A stretch of DNA of 64,000 nt from an uncultured Bifidobacteriaceae bacterium. Lineage in GTDB: Bacteria; Verrucomicrobiota; Verrucomicrobiia; Limisphaerales; UBA11358. The stretch spans positions 12,341-76,340 of the forward strand of contig CAZZPE010000007.1 of assembly GCA_964655855.1 (NCBI GenBank). Reading direction: 5' to 3'. Below the pieces are notes generated by a model, which searched no databases, was not told where the DNA came from, and worked only from the letters and a program-made list of their open reading frames with translations. Position 1 is the first letter of the stretch, and each line of letters begins with the position of its first letter. The position numbers were made by a program, and so were the translations under genes. This document shows positions 27,042-33,945 of this stretch, in pieces.

Positions 27042-29444
27042 CTATTTTCCTGCAATGAGCCGCCGAAAATGAGCTTCTGTCTTCGGTCGCATCGCAATGA
27101 TGTCGTTCTCCAGTTTTTCGATTTTCAAATACTGTGCATCAACCACTTTTTGTCCATCTTCGGTCGGTTTGCTATCTATCAGAGTTTGCACCCGGTCGCA
27201 CGTTCTTACGTATTGATCGCAGGTGTTCACAATGACTCGAACATCATTTTCAATATCTTGTGGCAAATAGATTTTGTTAAGTTCAAAAGTCTGCCAGAAT
27301 TGGTTCACATCAGTTTGAAAGATCTGTTGCCTAGCCCGCAGTTTCTCCATGTTCTTGTCCTCGATAAGAAGGGCGCAATCTTGGTATGAGCCTATAATTT
27401 TAAGGTAGCATGGCCAGATTGCTGATGCCGCCGTCGCCGCTCTTTCCAAATATTTGGCCGACACTCCAGTGCTTGGGTTCGGCCTTAAATGGTCAACCCT
27501 TTTGCATTTAGGACAGGTCACGCTAATTGCTGTTGCCTGTGTCAGAAAAATAAATCCGCAGTGAGAGCACTTGTGTCCCATCTTGCCGTCAAATACTGGC
27601 GCAATGGAAGCAGTTAAAAAATCCCATGCAGAATCGGGAAGCAACAAGAATTCAAATTCCACTTTTTTTCCCGACGTCAATTCAATATAGCCCTTGCCAT
27701 AGCGCTCACTCTCCTTTTCATGGACTTCAAAATTTGGCTTAAATCTCAAAACTTGCTGCCACTCGTGCATGTCCTCGTCGGCTTCGATATTTACTACGGC
27801 TTGCTTTTGGCCAATATTTAACTCTGATGAAACAGGCACAATTCCGCTCCCTTTTATCAGCTCATCTGGCTTGAGCGCCACTGCTACTCGGCGAATTCTC
27901 ACTACCTTGCTTCCAAAATTTACCGCTTTGATGGTAAGAAGCCCCTGCCTTGTATTGGTATTTTCCAATGCCAAACTTGCCGTAACTTCCAATTTGCTGC
28001 CATGATTTGTGCGTTCTGTTCCGCGTCTCGGATTGAGGGTTTGCTTTTTGAATTTCCGTTCTTCGTAGATTAGAAACCTGTTTAACCTTGAAAGTTGCTG
28101 ATTACCCAATTCGTTCAATGAAGTGATTGCGTGCGGCAATTTCAATTTCTTTGAAGCAAAGGCATAAAGGTCAGAATCGGCGAATCCCAGCGATTTTGAC
28201 CTTGGCCAAATTCCTTTTAGTTGTGCAGTTCGGAATTTTTCGGGGTCAGCGTTCCGTAGTCTTGAATTCTTGCTGGCACGCCATTGGCGAAGATAACTAA
28301 TACCCGCCTCCGCCTTCTCTCGGGGAAGTTCTTTATAGGTTGTGAGGCCAAATTCCGCATTAAAGTCTCCCCAAACCCTTGCGTATGCCTTGCCCGTGTT
28401 GCCGCCAGAGACAGTAAGGCGCTCGACAATTTCGTCAACAATTTGCCTTAACTGCCTGGCTGTTTCAGGAGCAATGTGCTGTGGCCCGGGCGAGAACACG
28501 ACCCGCCGTGATGCAGTAGATTTTGTCCCGATCACGATGTCACCTGAACCGGAATGCACAATCTGAACATGGCTTGAATGCTCATTAAGCGCAGGCACCG
28601 TTTTTAGCGGAGTGCCTGTTTCTACACGTTGCAAGGCGGCTTGCTCGGCAGCAGCTTTCCACTGACATAGAAGGGGCGCTGTATATCGCGCCTCGTCGTT
28701 GTCGATAAGCTTTGCGCAGTTTTGGCAGAGCCAGATGCCATTTTGGATTGAAGAGCGATCTACTTGAGACATGCTCGCGTCGTAGCGCGGTCCGCCATGT
28801 GCCGCAGCAGCGATATGTGCCGCGACCCCGACATTGATTGCCTTTCTCGGATTTGTGTGGGGTCCGGTCGTGGGGCATTTGCACGACGGATTTGAACATA
28901 GGAATCCGACGCGCTTTGCCAAGATGTCTTTAACTTTTTGCTGGAAGTCATCTCGCGTATCTCTATCTAGAACGATCTCCTTCTTTGTGGCCGCCTGCCA
29001 ACCCGGTATCCCTGGAGAGTCCAACCGTAGCGTATTTCCGCTTCGGCAAGCTTCCAAGAGCTTTGCATACTCCTGCTCGTTGTTCGGAAGGCGCCAGTTG
29101 ATGTAAAGGAATTGTGCCAGGGAGCCTTTGATTGGAGCGTCGTCAAGCCGCAACGGAATGAAACGGCGGTCCTTATTCAGCGGGTCACGAAACCTGAACG
29201 TGCCCAATTCCAATTGTGCCCAATCAGACCCAAACGCATTTTCCGACATGCAAAGCACCAACACACGCGATCGTTCTAGCGCTTCCTCAATCTTCGCTGG
29301 GATGCTATCCCCAGGTTTGATTTGCTCCTCGTCCAGCCACACGCGCACGCCGTCCTTCTTCAAACGCGCGGCCAGTTCGCGCACCACTGGCTTATCCTTC
29401 GTGCTGTGACTCAAGAAAACATCGAATTGGTATTCGTCTGGCAT
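27042..29444 (-). CDS. TIR domain - HNH nuclease - large uncharacterised C-terminal region (800 aa)
   Basis: aa 6-118 is TIR (FDVFLSHSTKDK, VLVLCMSENAFGSDWAQLELG). aa 183-250 is an HNH/His-Me finger (CSNPSCKC, VAAHIAAAAHGGPRYD, NGIWLCQNCAKLIDND). aa 626-647 is a C4 zinc ribbon (CSHC...CPKC). The DNA is visibly AT-richer than its flanks. Confidence 0.8.
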   Translation of the reverse strand: MPDEYQFDVFLSHSTKDKPVVRELAARLKKDGVRVWLDEEQIKPGDSIPAKIEEALERSRVLVLCMSENAFGSDWAQLELGTFRFRDPLNKDRRFIPLRLDDAPIKGSLAQFLYINWRLPNNEQEYAKLLEACRSGNTLRLDSPGIPGWQAATKKEIVLDRDTRDDFQQKVKDILAKRVGFLCSNPSCKCPTTGPHTNPRKAINVGVAAHIAAAAHGGPRYDASMSQVDRSSIQNGIWLCQNCAKLIDNDEARYTAPLLCQWKAAAEQAALQRVETGTPLKTVPALNEHSSHVQIVHSGSGDIVIGTKSTASRRVVFSPGPQHIAPETARQLRQIVDEIVERLTVSGGNTGKAYARVWGDFNAEFGLTTYKELPREKAEAGISYLRQWRASKNSRLRNADPEKFRTAQLKGIWPRSKSLGFADSDLYAFASKKLKLPHAITSLNELGNQQLSRLNRFLIYEERKFKKQTLNPRRGTERTNHGSKLEVTASLALENTNTRQGLLTIKAVNFGSKVVRIRRVAVALKPDELIKGSGIVPVSSELNIGQKQAVVNIEADEDMHEWQQVLRFKPNFEVHEKESERYGKGYIELTSGKKVEFEFLLLPDSAWDFLTASIAPVFDGKMGHKCSHCGFIFLTQATAISVTCPKCKRVDHLRPNPSTGVSAKYLERAATAASAIWPCYLKIIGSYQDCALLIEDKNMEKLRARQQIFQTDVNQFWQTFELNKIYLPQDIENDVRVIVNTCDQYVRTCDRVQTLIDSKPTEDGQKVVDAQYLKIEKLENDIIAMRPKTEAHFRRLIAGK
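28695..28898 (-). other. HNH nuclease-coding segment of 27042..29444
   Basis: aa 183-250: Cys pairs CxxxxCxC and CxxC bracket AHI...GG...N. Confidence 0.7.
29091..29429 (-). other. TIR domain-coding segment of 27042..29444
   Basis: aa 6-118, including the candidate catalytic Glu79 in SDWAQLE. Confidence 0.75.
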
Positions 29445-29456
29445 TGATTTGTTCTG

Positions 29457-30434
29457 CTAGGACGCCTTTTTCAAAAACACATTGTCGCGGTGGAATGCGA
29501 GAAATTCCCGTTGCGGTTCGGCAAAGCTGCCGACGTTGACGACGCGATCCGTGATGATGCCCATTTTGTTCATGGATTCTTCGTGAGCCACCGGTGAGAT
29601 AAGCAATTCGCCGCCGTTTTCAAAGGAAATAAAGCCGCGGTCAAACAGGTGGTCTATGGTCGGCGTCAGCAGCAGGCCGTTGCCCGCAAACAGCCGCTCG
29701 CGGTTGTCTGATTCCCGCCACGGTTTGATATGGCTGGCAATCAAATGTTCGGGCCGGTCCACCCGCGTGACGCGACAGAAATGTTCGATGCGCGCGACAT
29801 TTTGACGGAACAAGCCCTGTCCGCGCCGGGCTTTGATGAGCGCCTGCTTTTCGGTGTCGGGCAACTGGCGGTCGGCGGAAATCTGCTCACACTCGTGCTC
29901 TTCCCATTCCACGATGCCGCGCAATTCCGGCAGCGGCGTCTCCGCCGTTTCGGAAATCTGGACGCCCTGAATGATTCCCAGCAATTCCGGCGAGGCGAGT
30001 TGCGCGACGACCAGCGCCATTGGCCGCTGGATTTGCGCGAGATAGACGCCTTGGTTGCCGTAGCCATTGGCGCGAATGGGCGAATAGCGTTCGGGCAACG
30101 TTGGCGCGATGGCGTGCATGTGTTGCGTAGGCAGAATCGGCTCGGTGAATTTCTGGAAATCAATATCTACCCTCCAGCCAACTTCGTTCCATGCCTGTCC
30201 GATGTGACCGAATTCATCCGGTCGCGGCGAGGTGTAACAATGCGTGCGAGCCATGCCGAAGCCTTGAACCGCGCCATCGGCAAAGGAATAAACAATGTCG
30301 CCGGGCGCGACTTCGCGCATAGTTTCGTAAAACGGATTGGTTTGGTCGTTGCGCTTGCGCTTGGGCGACCAAATGTATTTTCCGAAGAACTCATGTCGGA
30401 AGGTCTGACTGTGATTGACCCACCAGAAGTTCAT
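29457..30434 (-). CDS. Putative modification-dependent (type IV-like) restriction endonuclease: N-terminal PUA/EVE-like reader domain plus C-terminal HNH_2 nuclease
   Basis: The likely start is MNFWWVNHSQ at 30434 (the ORF extends to 30464). The C-terminus RRGQGLFRQNVARIEHFCRVTRV...LIASHIKPW...NGLLLTPTIDHLFDRGFISF matches the HNH_2 pattern. N-domain: IWSPK...PGDIVYSF..GAVQGFGMA. It lies 12 bp upstream of the TIR gene. Confidence 0.7.
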   Translation of the reverse strand: MNFWWVNHSQTFRHEFFGKYIWSPKRKRNDQTNPFYETMREVAPGDIVYSFADGAVQGFGMARTHCYTSPRPDEFGHIGQAWNEVGWRVDIDFQKFTEPILPTQHMHAIAPTLPERYSPIRANGYGNQGVYLAQIQRPMALVVAQLASPELLGIIQGVQISETAETPLPELRGIVEWEEHECEQISADRQLPDTEKQALIKARRGQGLFRQNVARIEHFCRVTRVDRPEHLIASHIKPWRESDNRERLFAGNGLLLTPTIDHLFDRGFISFENGGELLISPVAHEESMNKMGIITDRVVNVGSFAEPQREFLAFHRDNVFLKKAS

Positions 30435-30649
30435 TTCATTTGTGGTCCCCTGACATCCGCACAACTGCCGATGGAGCCTTTGCCAAGGTCAAACGCCCGG
30501 ACGGTTTCAGTTGCCGCCGGTTCCGCTTTTTCCTTCGGGATGTTGTCTTGCATATCCAGGTTCCTGGATTTTGAGGCCGTCAAGAGGACCGGCCCGCCTG
30601 TTTGATTGTCCGGCGATGCTACGCCTGTGTCCCCGGTCCGGCAATGGCT

Positions 30650-30727
30650 TTTTTGTGGCAGAGGGCATCCGTGGGCGAGGGGAGTTGCGGGATGTCGGAG
30701 CCGAACTCACGTCGGCTGCCACGAAAT
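30650..30727. repeat. Solo copy of the head of the 99-bp repeat unit
   Basis: ttgtggcagagggcatccgtgggcgaggggagttgcgggatgtcggagccgaactcacgtcggctgccacgaaat is near-identical to 30886-30957. Confidence 0.8.
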
Positions 30728-30739
30728 GAGGTCACTGCA

Positions 30740-30850
30740 AAACCCCTGTAGCGGCGCTCTGTGAGCGCTGAAAGGAAGTAAATTTTCGAGAAAATCACGG
30801 CGGTCACAGACCGCCGCTACAAGAACCGCCGCTACAAGAACAGGGCGGGT
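30740..30850. repeat. REP-like inverted repeat plus a 15-bp tandem duplication
   Basis: ctgtagcggcgctctgtga (~30747-30765) pairs with tcacagaccgccgctacaa (~30796-30814) as an imperfect inverted repeat. It is followed by ccgccgctacaagaa x2. Confidence 0.6.
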
Positions 30851-30911
30851 TTTGGAGAGGTCTCATTTTGTGTTCTTTGGCTTATTTGTGGCAGAGGGCA
30901 TCCATGAGCGA

Positions 30912-31306
30912 GGGGGGTTGCTGGATGTCGGAGCCGAACTCACGTCGGCTGCCACGAAATCATCAAAACCCGCCATTTTCAAGGTTCGGGCGCATTTCAG
31001 GCCGGGAAACGGGAGTTGCGGGATGTCGGAGCCGAACTCACGTCGGCTGCTACGAAATCATCAAAACCCGCCATTTTCGAGGTTTGGGGCGCATTTCAGG
31101 CCGGGAAATGGGAGTTGCTGGATGTCGGAGCCGAACTCACGTCGGCTGCCACGAAATCATCAAAACCCGCCATTTTCAAGGTTTGGGGCGCATTTCAGGC
31201 CGGGAAACGGGAGTTGCGGCTGTCGGAGCCGAACTCACGTCGGCTGCCACGAAATCATCAAAAACCCGCCATTTTCGAGGTTTGGGCGCATTTCAGGCCG
31301 GGAAAC
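30912..31306. repeat. Tandem array, 4 copies of a ~99-bp unit
   Basis: The core gatgtcggagccgaactcacgtcggctgc starts at 30924, 31022 and 31121; a 5'-variant copy (ctgtcggagcc...) sits at ~31219. Units are near-identical throughout, with no unique spacers. Each unit has a small hairpin (agccga...tcggct). Confidence 0.85.
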
Positions 31307-31309
31307 GGC

Positions 31310-31605
31310 ATTTCATCAATTTGGATTGCGTCCAAACAATGTCGGTTTGTCCTTTCACCCATTCGTTCTGCCTTTCCGGCGGGGCGTTTGACTCCTTCAT
31401 CAAATCGTCGTGTCCCGGCATCAAGTCGTTGTGCCTCCAACGGGCATCGCTTTGATTTTCCGTCAATTCGTTCAACCTTGGAACAACATCGTCTTGTCCC
31501 TGCATCAAATCGTTTTGCCTCTGAACAATATCGGTTTGTCCTTTCATCAAATCGTTTTGCCTTGAAACAATATCGTTTTGCCCCAACGCAAGACCGGATT
31601 GCCTG
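31310..31605. repeat. Array of ~13 degenerate 21-bp repeats (alternating 42-bp pattern) upstream of FN3 gene A
   Basis: Plus-strand units are of the type aacaatatcggtttgtccttt / catcaaatcgttttgcctctg. All six frames are open across it. Confidence 0.85.
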
Positions 31606-31687
31606 GCGGGGCGCCGCCGCCGGCCATGGACCGCCGCCACAAGCCCGGCCCGTGAGATTAGAAGCTTGAAAATAAATGAAAAAAACG

Positions 31688-31717
31688 TTGACAGGTTTCA
31701 TGGTGTTTGCCATTAAT
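31688..31717 (+). promoter_or_regulatory. Sigma-70-like promoter candidate for FN3 gene A
   Basis: TTGACA at 31688-31693, a 17-18 nt spacer, then cattaat. A 5'-UTR hairpin gccggac/gtccggc and a purine-rich RBS region lie before the ATG at 31792. Confidence 0.4.
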
Positions 31718-31791
31718 CCCCCTGCACGCATGATTAGCCGGACACCTCCGTCCGGCCGGTTATTTTCTGAAGGGGAAAGAAGCAATGGTGA

Positions 31792-32412
31792 ATGAAAAAG
31801 AAAGTAATCCGTGTCGCACTGTCATTTGCGACCTTCTCTGATAATGACGCAAACAGCCTCGCGATCCTGGTGATTGTGTGCCTCAAAAACAACCTGCTGT
31901 ATCCCAACCTTCCCGTGGCCATCGCTGCAATGACGCTGTTGCAGACGAAGTTTCAGGACGCCATCACCGCGGCGGCGCAGGGTGGAAAGCTGCTGACAGC
32001 CGCAAAAAACGAGGCGCGGGAAGCCTTGATATCCGCCCTGCGCCAGACGGCGGGGTATGTCCAAAGCCTGGCCCCGACGCTGACCGTCTCGCAGGTGTTG
32101 TCGTCGGGCTTTGACGTGGCCAATGCCAGCTCCACCCCGTCGCCGCTGGATCAGCCGGTGTTCTCGCTGGACAATTCCATGACCACCCAACTGGGGGTGG
32201 GCCTGTCGGTGGTGCCGAATGCCAAGGCGTATCAGATGCAATTCTCCACCGGCACGGGCGCATGGCTGGAGGCGGGCATTTTTCCGAACACGAAGGGCAT
32301 CGTCCTGACGAATCTCACTCCGGGCACCATCTATAATGTGCGCATCCGCGCGGTGGGCGGCTCCACGCAATACAGCCCCTGGAGCGCCACCGTGTCCAAA
32401 ATGGCCACCTGA
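31792..32412 (+). CDS. Hypothetical protein with a C-terminal fibronectin type III domain (paralog A)
   Basis: 206 aa. FN3 motif LTNLTPGTIYNVRIRAVGGSTQYSPWS. Clearly homologous over its full length to 47180..47842 (LSSGF/LSSGY, TGTGAW, GGST blocks). Confidence 0.7.
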   Translation: MKKKVIRVALSFATFSDNDANSLAILVIVCLKNNLLYPNLPVAIAAMTLLQTKFQDAITAAAQGGKLLTAAKNEAREALISALRQTAGYVQSLAPTLTVSQVLSSGFDVANASSTPSPLDQPVFSLDNSMTTQLGVGLSVVPNAKAYQMQFSTGTGAWLEAGIFPNTKGIVLTNLTPGTIYNVRIRAVGGSTQYSPWSATVSKMAT

Positions 32413-32626
32413 CTTGCATCGGCCGGTCCTTGCGGGGATGACCACCCATTTGGCAGGGGCATCGCGCTGCGATGATCCTGGTGGCATCCCGCAAGGGAAG
32501 CCGTCCCACATTCTGCGGGCTGGTAGGGATCAGGGACGCAGACCGGGCGACGGCAAAAGGTCGGAGCGTGCATTCCTTCGGAAAAACCCGACCACCCGCC
32601 GCCCGGAACAATTTTAACACAACCCG

Positions 32627-32662
32627 CGCCGGAATGAAAAATCGTTCCGGCGATTTTATTTT
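32627..32662 (+). terminator. Rho-independent terminator candidate
   Basis: Stem cgccggaa ... ttccggcg, followed by attttattttc. Confidence 0.6.
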
Positions 32663-32703
32663 CGCCCGCAGGGCTGCATTGCCGCGCCCCGCCTGAAAAT
32701 CAA

Positions 32704-33405
32704 CTATCTCCGGCTGTCGCGCGCGAGGGTGAGATAATAAAGCAGCGTCAGGATGCTGCTGACCAGCGCGGCGACGTAGGTAAGCGCGGCGGCGTTCAGA
32801 ACCTTGCTGACGCCCGCGCGTTCGTGTTCGTGGACAAGGCCGAGCCGGAATAATTGCTCCTTCGCGCGGCGGCTGGCGTCGTATTCCACCGGCAGCGTGA
32901 CCAGTTGAAACAGGGTGATGACGGAAAATGTCGCAATAATGATCCACAGCGCCACTCCCAATATGTTCATGAACATCCCCACGAACAAAATTCCCATGTA
33001 AGCCATGCTGGCGAATTGCGTCACCGGCGCAAGGGCCATCCGGACATTGAACAATCCGTAGGCCGCCTGATGCTGGAGCGCGTGGCCGGATTCATGCGCC
33101 GCCACGCCGACGGCGGCGACCGACTGCCCGTGAAAATTTTCGGACGACAGGAACAGCGCGCGCTTCATCGGGTCGTAGTGGTCGCTCAAATGGCCGGAAA
33201 TTTCCTCCACCGGCACGTTCACAAGCCCGGCGTGGTCCAGAATTTCGCGCGCCGCCTCCGCGCCCGTCATGCCGGAGTCCACCGCCACCTTGCTGTATTT
33301 GCCGAAGGCGCGCCACAGCTTGACCTGCGCCCAGATGCCGAGCAGCAAGCCGGGAATCAAAAACAAAAAATACAAACCAATCGAATGAAACGAATTGTAA
33401 ATCAT
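32704..33405 (-). CDS. Membrane zinc metallopeptidase (YugP / Zn_peptidase_2-like)
   Basis: Likely start MIYNSFHS at 33405. HESGHALQH zinc motif; SDHYDPMKRALFLS. Confidence 0.75.
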   Translation of the reverse strand: MIYNSFHSIGLYFLFLIPGLLLGIWAQVKLWRAFGKYSKVAVDSGMTGAEAAREILDHAGLVNVPVEEISGHLSDHYDPMKRALFLSSENFHGQSVAAVGVAAHESGHALQHQAAYGLFNVRMALAPVTQFASMAYMGILFVGMFMNILGVALWIIIATFSVITLFQLVTLPVEYDASRRAKEQLFRLGLVHEHERAGVSKVLNAAALTYVAALVSSILTLLYYLTLARDSRR

Positions 33406-33534
33406 AAAATCAAAACAATGGACAGCGCGTTCGCCGTTTTTACTCAACGGAACGCGCCGTCCTTGCCGGAGTAGAGCATAAATCGGGTTGCTGCGCAAGA
33501 TTTGGCCGAAATGTCGAAATCAGATGCAGGAAGC

Positions 33535-33860
33535 TTTTACCGCAGATTTCGCAGATGGCGCAGATTTCTTTTCTGCGCAAATTGGCGCAGGCGGTGCTGG
33601 TTTTGGTTTATTGAGTAGCAGCGGACGTGAGTCCGCTCATTATTCCGGCGGGGGAGAAGTTTGAGCCGACTCACGTCGGCTGCTACACATTCCGAATGGG
33701 AAGTTTTATCCGCAGATTTCGCGGAAGACGCAGATTTCTTTTCGGCGTAAATCGGCGCAGGCGGTGCTGGTCTGGTTTATTGAGTAGCAGCGGACGTGAG
33801 TCCGCTCATTATTCAAACCGGAGAAGATGGAGCGAACTGACGTTCGCTGCCACGATGGAA
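33535..33860. repeat. Two ~110-bp direct repeats (period ~170 bp) with embedded REP-like hairpins
   Basis: ccgcagatttcgc.ga.g.cgcagatttcttttc.gcg.aaat.ggcgcaggcggtgctggt...ttattgagtagcagcggacgtgagtccgctcattattc occurs at ~33535-33645 and ~33704-33815. Hairpins gagccgactcacgtcggctgc and ggagcgaactgacgttcgctgcc are also present. Confidence 0.8.
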
Positions 33861-33945
33861 CGTGTCGGCGCTGTGCGCCGATTCGTTCGAACCACAGGCT
33901 CGACACTACACCTTTCGGCTGCGCGACAACGCAGCCCTGCCATTA

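Noticed and set aside
30886-31306. Regularly spaced repeats that could be a CRISPR array
   Set aside because: The entire ~99-bp unit is repeated nearly identically. There are no unique spacers, the unit is too long, and no cas genes are nearby. It is a tandem repeat, not CRISPR.
30852-31785. ORFs 30852..31391, 30868..31455, 31016..31669 (+) and 31258..31785 (-) as protein-coding genes
   Set aside because: They are translations of tandem repeats that are open in several frames at once. The peptides (LTSAATK, SRRLPRNHQNPPFSRF repeated) are typical REP read-throughs. There is no start context and no codon bias.
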